The translations under genes were made by a program, and so were the position numbers. Below are positions 27,513 to 36,516 of a DNA stretch of 64,000 nucleotides, one piece after another. A model generated the notes under the pieces. It was not told the origin of the DNA. It made no database searches and saw only the letters and a program-made list of their open reading frames with translations. This stretch comes from Tagaea sp. (GTDB taxonomy: Bacteria > Pseudomonadota > Alphaproteobacteria > CACIAM-22H2). Each line of letters begins with the position of its first letter. Position 1 is the first letter of the stretch. Location of the stretch: contig CBDIIB010000003.1 in assembly GCA_965279525.1 (NCBI GenBank), forward strand, positions 1 to 64,000. Reading direction: 5' to 3'.

Positions 27513-29936
27513 TCAGGCGAGGATCTTCGTGCGCTTGGGATCGACGGCCGAACCGTCGATCCGTTTTGCCGGCCAACGCTTCGTGAAGGCCTCGATCTCG
27601 TAGTCCGCGTGGCTGGCGGCTTCGGCCGGCACGTAGCCGAACGCGATCGCCTTGCCGATCGTGTGGCCCCAGCCGGCCGACGACGCGACGCCGACGACCT
27701 TGCCGGCATGGACGATCGACTCGCCGCCATAGATCTGGATGGGTGCGTCCGCCGTCAGCGTGATCAGCTTGCGCTTCGGGCCTTCGGCCTTGGCCTTCTC
27801 CAGCGCGGCACGGCCGATGAAATCTGACTTCTTGCCCAGTGCGACCGCGAAGCCGAGGCCCGCCTCGTAGGGCGTGTAGTCCGGCGTGATGTCGGCCCCC
27901 CAATAGAGGTAGCGCTTCTCCAGCCGCAGCGAATCGATGGCGCGGTAGCCGGCATCGGCCAGCCCGTGCGCCTTGCCGGCTTCGCTCAGCAGTTCGTAGA
28001 CATGCTGCGCGTATTCGACGGGCATGTGCAGTTCCCAGCCCAGTTCGCCCACATAGGTCACGCGCAGGGCCTGCACGGGCGCGAAGCCGATGCGGATCTC
28101 CTGCGCCGTCATGTAGGGGAGTGCCGCGTTCGACACGTCGGCGTCGGTGACCGCCGACAGGATGTCGCGCGAGCGCGGGCCGGCGAGATTGATCGTGGCG
28201 CGCGCCGAGGTGACATCGGAGATGTGGACCGAGCCGTCCTTGGGCAGATGCCCGCGGATCCACGCGATGTCGCGCACGCCGAAGGCGCTGCCCGTCACCA
28301 TGTAGAAGCGGTTCTCGTCGAGCCGCACGAAAGTGAGATCGGCCTCGATGCCGCCGCGCGCGTTGCACAGCTGCGTGTAGACGAGGCCGCCTGCCGGCTT
28401 GTCGAGGTCGTTGGCCGCGATGCGCTGGAGGGCCGCGAACGTGCCGGGACCCGTGAACTCGAACTTCGAGAACGAGCTCTGGTCGATGACGACCGCACGC
28501 TCGCGCGCCGCCTTGCACTCGCCGGCCACGTGCGCGAACCAGTTGGGCCGCTGCTCGAACGAGGGCCGGTCGACCGGCTCGATGCCGGCGGGGGCGAACC
28601 AGTTGGGCCGTTCCCAGCCGAAGCGCGAGCCGAAGACCGCGCGCTTTTCCTTGAGCAGGCCGTAGAGCGGGCTGCGCCGTCCGCCACGCGCGCTTTCCAG
28701 TTCCTCGATCGGATAGTGGATCTGGTAGTAGCGCCAGTAGCTGTCGACGCTGCGCTCGGCAAGATACTTGGCCGACATGTGGTGCGCGCCGAAGCGGCGC
28801 ACGTCGAAGGCCCAAAGGTCCATCGACGGTTCGCCCGCGACGATCCATTCGGCCATCGCCTTGCCGGCACCGCCGGAAGCCGCGATGCCCGACGTGAACC
28901 CGCACGCCACGTAGAAATTGTCGCGCTCGGGCGCCAGACCCATGATCGGCTCGCCGTCGGGCGAGATCGGGATCGGCCCGTTGATGACGGTGCGGATGCC
29001 GATCTCGTTGAGGATCGGCAGGCGTTCGGCGGCCGGCAGCAGGAAGGCTTCGAGCCGGTCCTGGTTGGGCGGCAGCAGTTCGCGCCCGAAATCGAACGGC
29101 ATGCCCTTGGCACCGAAGGTCGGCGTGCCCTGTTCCCAGCCGCCGATGGCAAGCGCCCCGGGCTCGGGCTTCAGATAGAAGATCTTGTCGGGATCGCGCA
29201 GCGTCGGCAGGCCCTTGGGCATGTCGGCGCGCTTCTCGGTGATCAGATACTGGTGCTCGACCGCACCGGCCGGGACCTTGACCCCCGCCATCGCGGCCAC
29301 GTCGCGCGCCCAGATGCCCGCGGCGTTGACGACGATCTCGCACGTCACGTCGCCCTTGTCGGTGCGCACGCTGGTGATGCGGTTGCCGGTCGTGCCGAAG
29401 CCCTTCACGAGGACGTTCTCGACGAACTTCACGCCGCCCGCGCGCGCGCCCTTGGCATAGGCGTGCGTCAGGCTCGACGGGTCGACCGAGCCGTCGTTGG
29501 GCACGAACACCGCGCCCACGATGCCGTCGAGCGAGATCAGCGGGAACTTGTCCTGCGCCTCCTTGGGCGACAGCGTGTGCATCTCGAAATCGAAGCTGCG
29601 CGCGGTCGTGGCCATGCGCTTGATCTCGCTCCAGCGCTCCTGCGAGGAGGCGAGACGCAGGCTGCCGACAGGCTTCCACTCGACTGCCTGGCCGGTCTCG
29701 GCCTCGAGCTTCGCGTAGAGCTGGGCGGAATACTGCATGAGCCGCGTGAGGTTGCGCTTGGAGCGCAGCTGGCCCACAAGGCCGGCGGCATGCCATGTCG
29801 AGCCGTGGGTGAGGGCCGCCTTCTCGAGCACGACGACGTCGCGCTCGCCGAGCTTTGCCAGGTGATACGCGATGGAGCAACCGATCGCCCCGCCGCCGAT
29901 GACCACGATGCGCGCGTGGCCGGGAAGATCAGCCAC
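27513..29936 (-). CDS. GcvT-family FAD-dependent N-methylamine dehydrogenase (dimethylglycine/sarcosine dehydrogenase-like)
   Basis: VIGGGAIG, GSTWHAAG, GWERPNWF, YVGELGWELH, DSLRLEK; DAO plus GcvT folate domains. Confidence 0.9.
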   Translation of the reverse strand: MADLPGHARIVVIGGGAIGCSIAYHLAKLGERDVVVLEKAALTHGSTWHAAGLVGQLRSKRNLTRLMQYSAQLYAKLEAETGQAVEWKPVGSLRLASSQERWSEIKRMATTARSFDFEMHTLSPKEAQDKFPLISLDGIVGAVFVPNDGSVDPSSLTHAYAKGARAGGVKFVENVLVKGFGTTGNRITSVRTDKGDVTCEIVVNAAGIWARDVAAMAGVKVPAGAVEHQYLITEKRADMPKGLPTLRDPDKIFYLKPEPGALAIGGWEQGTPTFGAKGMPFDFGRELLPPNQDRLEAFLLPAAERLPILNEIGIRTVINGPIPISPDGEPIMGLAPERDNFYVACGFTSGIAASGGAGKAMAEWIVAGEPSMDLWAFDVRRFGAHHMSAKYLAERSVDSYWRYYQIHYPIEELESARGGRRSPLYGLLKEKRAVFGSRFGWERPNWFAPAGIEPVDRPSFEQRPNWFAHVAGECKAARERAVVIDQSSFSKFEFTGPGTFAALQRIAANDLDKPAGGLVYTQLCNARGGIEADLTFVRLDENRFYMVTGSAFGVRDIAWIRGHLPKDGSVHISDVTSARATINLAGPRSRDILSAVTDADVSNAALPYMTAQEIRIGFAPVQALRVTYVGELGWELHMPVEYAQHVYELLSEAGKAHGLADAGYRAIDSLRLEKRYLYWGADITPDYTPYEAGLGFAVALGKKSDFIGRAALEKAKAEGPKRKLITLTADAPIQIYGGESIVHAGKVVGVASSAGWGHTIGKAIAFGYVPAEAASHADYEIEAFTKRWPAKRIDGSAVDPKRTKILA

Positions 29937-31173
29937 GCAGTTCTCCGATGTACCAGTCGTCGAAATGGGTCACGTTCCGCTCGCGCAAAGTGGAGTAGGG
30001 GCCGGGGACGTAGCCGGCCGAGCTTACGCCCGCCTGCTGGTCGGTACAGATCTTCCAGTCCTGCTTGTTGGTGATGTCCCAGATCGGCAGGAGCTTTTCG
30101 AGCGTGTAGTCCTTGCCTTCGACGGCCGCACCGTCGACGAGCCAGTAGCCGCGCACGTGCGTTTCGCCAGGGCCGATGGGCGTGAGGCGTGCCGCGGCGG
30201 CGAAGTCGCAGTTCGTGTGCTGCCAGAAATTCGGGAACACGGTGGTGCGCAGCGTGCCGCTGTCGGGCTCCTTGATGTCGCCCATCAGGCGCGAGACCAT
30301 CTGCCCGTCCATGCTCTGCGTCACGAAGCCCTCGCGCACCGGCGTGCGGTGGCAGCGCCAGTTCACGCCCGTCATGTTCGAGCTGACGTCGCCCGTGTCG
30401 AGGCCGAGCGACGCGAAGCGCGCGTTCGCCGCTTCGATGATCGCTTCCATGCCGGGCATCAGCGTGGGATCGACGACAGCCATGTCGCGCTGCACGTCGT
30501 AGGCGGCGGTGTTGTATTCCTTGTGGTTGGCCGGGCAGTGATAGCACTCGCGGTTGTTCTGGAAGACGACCTTCCAGTTGGCCTTCACCACGTATTCGAT
30601 CGTGTGCGCGATCTTCGCGCGCTCGATGGCGTGCGGCTTCATCTTGCGCCGGATCGTGTCGGCGGCGTCGGTGAAGTCGGGCGGATTGTCGGCAAGCGAG
30701 AAGAACAGCAGGCCGCCCGCGTCGATCAGCTTGATCGGGCGCAGGCCCAGCTCCGACCGGTCGATGCCGAACTCCTTCTTCGTGTCCAGCATCAGGCTGC
30801 CGTCGAGCCGGTAGGTCCATTTGTGGTAGGGGCACGCGAGCACGCTCGAATGGCCATGCTCGGTCAGGCACACCTTCGAGCCGCGATGCCGGCACACGTT
30901 GTGGAAGGCGCGGATGACGCCGTCCTGCCCGCGCGCGACGACGATTTCGGCGCCGGCGAGCGAGTAGGTCATCCAGTCGCCGGGATTGGCCACTTCGAAC
31001 GCGTAGCCGACGAAGATCCAGTGCCGGTGATGGATGCGCGCGACGTCGGCGGCGAACAGCGCGTCGTCGACATAGAATTCGCGCGTCAGGGAGCGGCCGG
31101 AGACATGTCGCGCGATCGCATTTGCGGCCGCGGGCGGTAATGTGCCCGTCGTTTCGCGCCCCGATCCGTCCAT
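29929..31173 (-). CDS. Rieske non-heme iron oxygenase alpha subunit (GbcA/Stc2-like betaine N-demethylase type)
   Basis: CRHRG...CPYHKW Rieske motif; ANWK...NNRECYHCPANH iron site; QDWKIC...QQAGV; PGPYS. Confidence 0.9.
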   Translation of the reverse strand: MDGSGRETTGTLPPAAANAIARHVSGRSLTREFYVDDALFAADVARIHHRHWIFVGYAFEVANPGDWMTYSLAGAEIVVARGQDGVIRAFHNVCRHRGSKVCLTEHGHSSVLACPYHKWTYRLDGSLMLDTKKEFGIDRSELGLRPIKLIDAGGLLFFSLADNPPDFTDAADTIRRKMKPHAIERAKIAHTIEYVVKANWKVVFQNNRECYHCPANHKEYNTAAYDVQRDMAVVDPTLMPGMEAIIEAANARFASLGLDTGDVSSNMTGVNWRCHRTPVREGFVTQSMDGQMVSRLMGDIKEPDSGTLRTTVFPNFWQHTNCDFAAAARLTPIGPGETHVRGYWLVDGAAVEGKDYTLEKLLPIWDITNKQDWKICTDQQAGVSSAGYVPGPYSTLRERNVTHFDDWYIGELRG

Positions 31174-31276
31174 ATCGATCCCCTCTCGAATGTTGCAGTT
31201 ACGTTACCACAGGGCATCGGCCGCGCAACATCGTGGCGCAGCATATGCGCCGGACATGACGGCCGCATGGCGGCTT

Positions 31277-31678
31277 TCAGCCGACCAGGAACAGGAGATT
31301 TCCGCCGAGCGTCCGCGCGCGCGCGGGCGGCAGCAGCGCGACCGGAACGTCGCGCAGATAGGGCAGCCCGTTTCCCGGGATGTCGAGGTCGTAGATTCCG
31401 GGTGCCGCACGCCGGCGCGCGCGCAGCAGCACGCCGAACCGGGCGGCGCCTTCACCGGGCGCGGCGAATATCCGGCCGCCCAGGTAAAGCACCGCGACGA
31501 CGCGCACGGCCTGCCGCCTTCCCGCCGCGTCGACGAGCGCGCCGTTGGACCCGCAGGCATGCGCGAATTCGAAGACAGAGGGGACCGGCTCCGCGGCGGT
31601 CCAGGCCGGCGCGGCCAAGTCGACAAGGACGCGTCCGTCGAGGACGACGGATGGCCGTTTGCGCAGGCTCGTCTTCAT
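31277..31678 (-). CDS. Hypothetical protein (133 aa)
   Basis: High GC3 in this frame, preceded by an AT-rich promoter-like region; no motif recognised. Confidence 0.5.
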   Translation of the reverse strand: MKTSLRKRPSVVLDGRVLVDLAAPAWTAAEPVPSVFEFAHACGSNGALVDAAGRRQAVRVVAVLYLGGRIFAAPGEGAARFGVLLRARRRAAPGIYDLDIPGNGLPYLRDVPVALLPPARARTLGGNLLFLVG

Positions 31679-31752
31679 TCCAGGCAGATCTTGGATCGGA
31701 AAAACACACCAGAAGCTACATATAATTAAATTACTAAATCAACTTTTAATAC

Positions 31753-33450
31753 TTATCCGCGCGGCCCGCCGGGGCGGGCACGGGTGACCATCCAGGAAAG
31801 TAATGCGACCGGCACGAGGCTGACCGCGACGATCGCGACGGCCCCGGTCGATGCCTGTGCCAGCCGCTCGTCCGATGCCAGCTGGTAGACGCGCACGGCC
31901 AGCGTGTCGAGACCGAAGGGCCGCACGATCAGCGTGGCCGGCAGCTCTTTCAGCACGTCGACGAACACCACCGTCGCCGCCGTCAGCACCGAGCCCCACA
32001 TGATCGGCGCATGGACGCCCGCAAGGATGCGTGCGGGTCCGGCCCCCAGGCTCAGTGCCGCCTCGTCCATCGAGCGCGTGATCTTGCCGATGCCCGCCTC
32101 GACGGGCCCGAAGCCGACGGCGAGAAACCGCACGGCATAGGCATAGAGAAGCGCCACGATCGAGCCTGAAAATATGAGACCGGTCGACAGGCCGAAATTC
32201 GCGCGCATGAAGCCGTCGACCGCGTTGTCGACGAAGGCCAGCGGCAGCAGCACGCCGACGGCGATCACCGATCCCGGTATGGCGTAGCCCATCGTCGCCA
32301 GTCGCACGGCCATGTGGACCGAACGGTGTGCGGTCAGGCGCTGGGCATAGGCGAGTCCGATCGCGAGCATGACCGTCGCGACGGCAGCGCTCGAGGCGAG
32401 TGCGAACGAATTGCGTGCGTACTCGAGAAAGCGCCAGCCGAAGAACGGGTCGCCGACGGTCAGGCTCATATGCAGCAGGATCGCGGCGGGCACCGCGAAG
32501 CCGAGCAGGATCGGCAGGGCGCAAAGCGTGCCGGCGGCAAGTGCGGCACCCCCGCGCAGTTCCAGTTTCGCAATTGGCCGGTAGCGGCGGGATGTGTGGT
32601 GATAGCGCGCTTCGCCGCGCGAATGGCGCTCGAGCCAGATCAGCAGCAGCACGAACCCGAGCAGGGCGGTGGCGAGCTGGGCGGCCGCCACGCGGTTGTC
32701 CATGCCGAACCAGGTCCGGTAGATCGCCGTCGTGAACGTGTCGACGCCGAAATACTGCACCGTGCCGAAATCGGCGAGCGCTTCCATCAGCGCCAGCGCC
32801 ACGCCGGCCGCGATCGCCGGGCGTGCCAGAGGCAGACCCACGCGTGCGAAGGCGCCCCATGCGCCGCGCCCGAGCATGCGGCTTGCCTCAAGCACGCAGA
32901 CTGACTGTTCGAGGAACGCCGCGCGCGCGAGAAGATAGACGTAAGGATAGAGCACGAGCACCAGCATCGCGACGGCGCCGCCGAGCGACTGGATGTCGGG
33001 AAACCAGTAGTCGCCCCGCCGCCAGCCGAAGGCTTCGCGCAGGGTCGTCTGCAGCGGACCGGCGAACTGCAGGAAATCGGTGTAGGCGTAGCCGATGATG
33101 TAGGCCGGCATCGCCATCGGCAGCAGCAGGCCAAGCTCGAGGATCCGGCTGCCCCTGAACCGGCACATCGTGACGAACCACGCGCACGCCACGCCGATCG
33201 CCAGCGTGCCGGCCCCCACGCCGGCAAGCAGCAGGATCGTGTTGGCAAGGATGTCGGGCAGCGTCGTCGACCACAGATGCGCCCAGGCACCGCGCGCGGG
33301 CAGCAGCAGGTTCGCCGCCACGGCGCCAAGCGGCAGCAGCACGGCGCCGGCCGCGGCAAGCGCCAGATAGGCGACAGCCGGCAGACGGCGCGTGGCGCGC
33401 ATCGGTGCAAGAGGCGGCTGGGGTGTCGTGGATACGAGCGTGTCGGTCAC
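31753..33450 (-). CDS. fbpB: Fe3+ ABC transporter permease (FbpB/SfuB type), orphan
   Basis: PMAMPAYIIGYAY, YPYVYLLARAAF, MEALADFGTV, GYAIPGSVIAVG, KELPATLIVRPFG; GTG start inferred. Confidence 0.88.
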   Translation of the reverse strand: MTDTLVSTTPQPPLAPMRATRRLPAVAYLALAAAGAVLLPLGAVAANLLLPARGAWAHLWSTTLPDILANTILLLAGVGAGTLAIGVACAWFVTMCRFRGSRILELGLLLPMAMPAYIIGYAYTDFLQFAGPLQTTLREAFGWRRGDYWFPDIQSLGGAVAMLVLVLYPYVYLLARAAFLEQSVCVLEASRMLGRGAWGAFARVGLPLARPAIAAGVALALMEALADFGTVQYFGVDTFTTAIYRTWFGMDNRVAAAQLATALLGFVLLLIWLERHSRGEARYHHTSRRYRPIAKLELRGGAALAAGTLCALPILLGFAVPAAILLHMSLTVGDPFFGWRFLEYARNSFALASSAAVATVMLAIGLAYAQRLTAHRSVHMAVRLATMGYAIPGSVIAVGVLLPLAFVDNAVDGFMRANFGLSTGLIFSGSIVALLYAYAVRFLAVGFGPVEAGIGKITRSMDEAALSLGAGPARILAGVHAPIMWGSVLTAATVVFVDVLKELPATLIVRPFGLDTLAVRVYQLASDERLAQASTGAVAIVAVSLVPVALLSWMVTRARPGGPRG

Positions 33451-33519
33451 AGCGGACTGGCCAAAATTGAGAACGCTTCTCAACCTAGGTCGAAATCCCG
33501 GGACGTGCAAATGCAGGGG

Positions 33520-33945
33520 CTAGGCGAAGCCGGCCGCGAATTTCAGGTTCTCCAGCACGCGCATGGCGACCTGGGAGCCGACATAGACGAGGAACGCGTC
33601 GGCCATTGCCTTGGCGTAGGCCGGGTCGACGGAGGTGTCGAAGCGGGCGATCGCGCCGAACAGGCGCGACATGCGGCCGGGATCGGGCGCCATAGTCACG
33701 GTGATGGTGGGCTGCAAATCGGCCTGCGGCTCGGGTGCGCGCCGCTGCTGGCGGGCCTGCACCCAGACTTCGGATATCCGGGTGCGCGGTGCGCCATAGA
33801 TGCCGCTCCAGTAGAACGCCTTGCGCTCGGCATCGGGCAGCTGGCGTTCGAGGGCGCGCGGCAGCCAGGCGTCGTAGAGCAGCGTCGCGACCAGATAGCG
33901 GCGCTCCCTCAACTCTCCTGTCTCTGCATAGCCGCTGGGGTACAT
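33520..33945 (-). CDS. Hypothetical protein (~141 aa; start uncertain)
   Basis: Coding-like GC3 from about RERRYLVATLL to FAAGFA-TAG. Confidence 0.6.
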   Translation of the reverse strand: MYPSGYAETGELRERRYLVATLLYDAWLPRALERQLPDAERKAFYWSGIYGAPRTRISEVWVQARQQRRAPEPQADLQPTITVTMAPDPGRMSRLFGAIARFDTSVDPAYAKAMADAFLVYVGSQVAMRVLENLKFAAGFA

Positions 33946-34030
33946 GATTCCCACCAAAACAAAATGTAATTTATTAAAATACAAGATAAATACGAAGTCA
34001 ATTCCGAAGTAACGGACGCTCCGATTCAGA

Positions 34031-34228
34031 TCAGTGCGGGTCGGGGCGGAATCGGGCCGGGTTCAGCAGGACCGGGCAGGCGACAACCCGGACGATCTCC
34101 GGGTCATAAAGGGCGCGAAGCCGCGCATGCGGCACTGTAAAGCCCTCGCGCAACACCGCCTCGACGACCCAGGAATAGAGCTCCTGGCTGACGAATCGCT
34201 GCCCCGGCCGGATCGATTCAACATCCAT
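34031..34228 (-). CDS. Small hypothetical protein (65 aa, beta-rich)
   Basis: MDVESIRPGQRF...WVVEAV...VPHARL...DP...VACPVLLNPARF. Confidence 0.6.
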   Translation of the reverse strand: MDVESIRPGQRFVSQELYSWVVEAVLREGFTVPHARLRALYDPEIVRVVACPVLLNPARFRPDPH

Positions 34229-34301
34229 GGCGCAAATACTACGCCAGACCAGCGGCTTGCGCCAAGTGGCGCCCGGACCGCCCAGCACCTATGATCGCGG
34301 G

Positions 34302-34751
34302 ATGCGGCTTTTCGCCATCCTCGTCGTGTGCCTTGCCCTCTTGGCCCCGCCTGCAGTGGCGCAGGACCCCTCGCGGACCAACGAGCGCCATCTGAACCGC
34401 AAGTTCGATGCGGTCGGTCCGACCCCGGCGATCGCCCGGCCGGTTCCGGCACCGCCGCCCGAACGGCCGGTCTATCTGCGCACGTCCAAGCCGTTGAACG
34501 AGATCGCCGAGCTCGACAAGAAGGCGTCGGCCGCCTGCCGCGTCCATGATTTCGGCCAGTTCGAGCAGCATCGCGGCCGGGCGCTTGTCGCGGGGCGCGT
34601 CTATGGCGCTGCCGCCGCCGGCAGCGACCTGCTTGCCGACCACCCGAAACTCGCGGCACGGCCTCCGGCGGTCTATGTCTTCGAGCATCAGGGAATGACG
34701 GCGTGCCGCGTCTGGCGCGTCAAGCCGGCGGCCTTGCGCGCGCCCAACTAG
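34302..34751 (+). CDS. Secreted hypothetical protein (149 aa, one Cys pair in the mature region)
   Basis: Signal peptide MRLFAILVVCLALLAPPAVA-Q; high GC3. Confidence 0.7.
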   Translation: MRLFAILVVCLALLAPPAVAQDPSRTNERHLNRKFDAVGPTPAIARPVPAPPPERPVYLRTSKPLNEIAELDKKASAACRVHDFGQFEQHRGRALVAGRVYGAAAAGSDLLADHPKLAARPPAVYVFEHQGMTACRVWRVKPAALRAPN

Positions 34752-34806
34752 GCGGCAGCCCGGCTAGGCGGCAGCCCGGCTAGGCGGCAGCCCGGCTAGG
34801 CGGCAG
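34748..34806. repeat. 16-bp tandem repeat, 3.7 copies
   Basis: CTAGGCGGCAGCCCGG x3 plus CTAGGCGGCAG, between two convergent genes. Confidence 0.95.
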
Positions 34807-35095
34807 GAGGTGCGGGCGGCTTGGCCTGGAGATCGCCGAAGATCTTGGTGATGACGTCCTCGAGGCTCTTCTTTTCCTCGTCCTTCAGCTTGATGCCCTC
34901 GTCGATGAAATCGACATTGGCAACCATCTGCCGGATCGCGGCGGCGAGGTAGATGTCCATGATCTCGCGGATCGCGTGGAAGGCCTTGCAGTTGACCGAG
35001 TCCATGCGGGAATCGAAAATCGCCGTGATGGTGCCGCACCGGTTGAGGGTGTTCTGGAGTTCGAGTCGCCGTTTCTCGTCCATTCCATCGGCCAT
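34796..35095 (-). CDS. Hypothetical protein (99 aa, helical)
   Basis: MADGMDEKRRLELQNTLNRC...; strong codon bias. Confidence 0.75.
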   Translation of the reverse strand: MADGMDEKRRLELQNTLNRCGTITAIFDSRMDSVNCKAFHAIREIMDIYLAAAIRQMVANVDFIDEGIKLKDEEKKSLEDVITKIFGDLQAKPPAPPAA

Positions 35096-35133
35096 GAAAC
35101 GTATTTAGGCGCGGTTCGGCTTGCTGGCAACCC

Positions 35134-36357
35134 TTAACCGACGCGCTCCGCCGCGTGTGCCGCTTCCGCTTGCATGGCGCGCACGGCCATCGCGTGCAGG
35201 GCCATCGAGGCGACGCCGCAGGCCAGCATCATCACGGCGAGCGGACGCATCGTGTCGTCCTGCAGGTGCCCCATGGCGAAGGTGGCGACGGCGCCAAGCG
35301 ACATCTGGACGAAACCCAGCAGCCCCGACGCCGATCCCGCCAGCCGCGGATTGACGCTGATGGCCCCTGCGATGAGGTTGGGCTGCGACAGGCCGTGGCA
35401 GAAGCCGAGCACGAAGATCGGCACGAAGAGCGCCCAGACCTGGAGCTCGAAGAAGAAGGCCCAGACGACGCCGAAAACGAGCCCCGGGAATGTCAGCAGG
35501 TTGCCGAGCCGCGCCATGCGGTCGAGCCCGATGCGCTGGGAATAGCGCCCGGTGGCGAAGTTGCCGAGGAGGTAGCCGAGCGCGCAGCCCGCGAACCAGA
35601 ACCCGTATTCGGACGGCGGCCGGTCGAGCACGCCGACCATGAGGTAGGGGGCCGCGACAAGGAAGCTGAAGAACGACATCGTGTTGAACGTCGTGGCCAG
35701 CGTGTAGCCGACGAAGGCGGGGCTGCGGGCAAGCGATGTCCAGCCGCGCGCGAGCTGTCCCAGTTCGACGCTGGCGATCCGGTAGCGATTGGTCTCCGGG
35801 CAGCGCAGGGCAGCCGCGACGGTGACGATCGCGACGAAGGCGAGGATGACCGCGAAGCTCGCCCGCCAGGTAAACTGCTCGTCGAGAAGGCCGCCGATCG
35901 AGGGTGCCACCATCGGCATCAGCGACATGCCCATGGTCACGTAGGCAAGCTCGCTGGCGGCACGGTCGCGCGAATGCAGGTCGCGCACGATCGCGCGCGC
36001 GAGCACGAGCCCGGCGCACGAGCCGAATGCCTGGGCGAAGCGACCGGCAAGCAGCGCTTCCATCGACGGCGCGAACAGGCAGGCAAGGCTGCCGGCGAGG
36101 CCGATCACCAGCCCGACGATCAGGACCGGGCGGCGGCCGTAGCGGTCCGAAAACGGACCATAGACGAGCTGGCCGAGTGCCACGCCCACCAGGAACAGCG
36201 TCAGGGCGAGCTGGGCGGTCCCGTAGCTTGCCCCGAACGAGTCCGCCAGGCGCGGTAGCGAGGGAATGAAGACGTTGAGCGCGAACGGCCCGCAGCTGCT
36301 GATGCCGACGAGCAGCCAGAGGGGCGGACGCGCGAGCGGGGGCGAGGGTTCCTGCAC
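35134..36357 (-). CDS. Bcr/CflA family MFS drug/metabolite exporter
   Basis: GQLVYGPFSDRYGRRPV, LARAIVRD, APSIGG, PET, AGSASGLLGF. Confidence 0.92.
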   Translation of the reverse strand: MQEPSPPLARPPLWLLVGISSCGPFALNVFIPSLPRLADSFGASYGTAQLALTLFLVGVALGQLVYGPFSDRYGRRPVLIVGLVIGLAGSLACLFAPSMEALLAGRFAQAFGSCAGLVLARAIVRDLHSRDRAASELAYVTMGMSLMPMVAPSIGGLLDEQFTWRASFAVILAFVAIVTVAAALRCPETNRYRIASVELGQLARGWTSLARSPAFVGYTLATTFNTMSFFSFLVAAPYLMVGVLDRPPSEYGFWFAGCALGYLLGNFATGRYSQRIGLDRMARLGNLLTFPGLVFGVVWAFFFELQVWALFVPIFVLGFCHGLSQPNLIAGAISVNPRLAGSASGLLGFVQMSLGAVATFAMGHLQDDTMRPLAVMMLACGVASMALHAMAVRAMQAEAAHAAERVG

Positions 36358-36516
36358 GATCAGGGCAATCTAGCCGGGTGGCGCGGCCATTGCACGGCGC
36401 AAGCGCCGGTTTGCATGCGCCTTGCAGGCAGGGCCGGTACACTTGCAACGCATGGCGATACGGCGCACCTTGCGCCGCATCCGTCTCCCCCTTTTTTCGC
36501 GACAGTCGGCACGCTC

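Noticed and set aside
34748-34806. CRISPR-like repeat
   Set aside because: Units are contiguous without spacers, only 16 bp long, and no cas genes are present.
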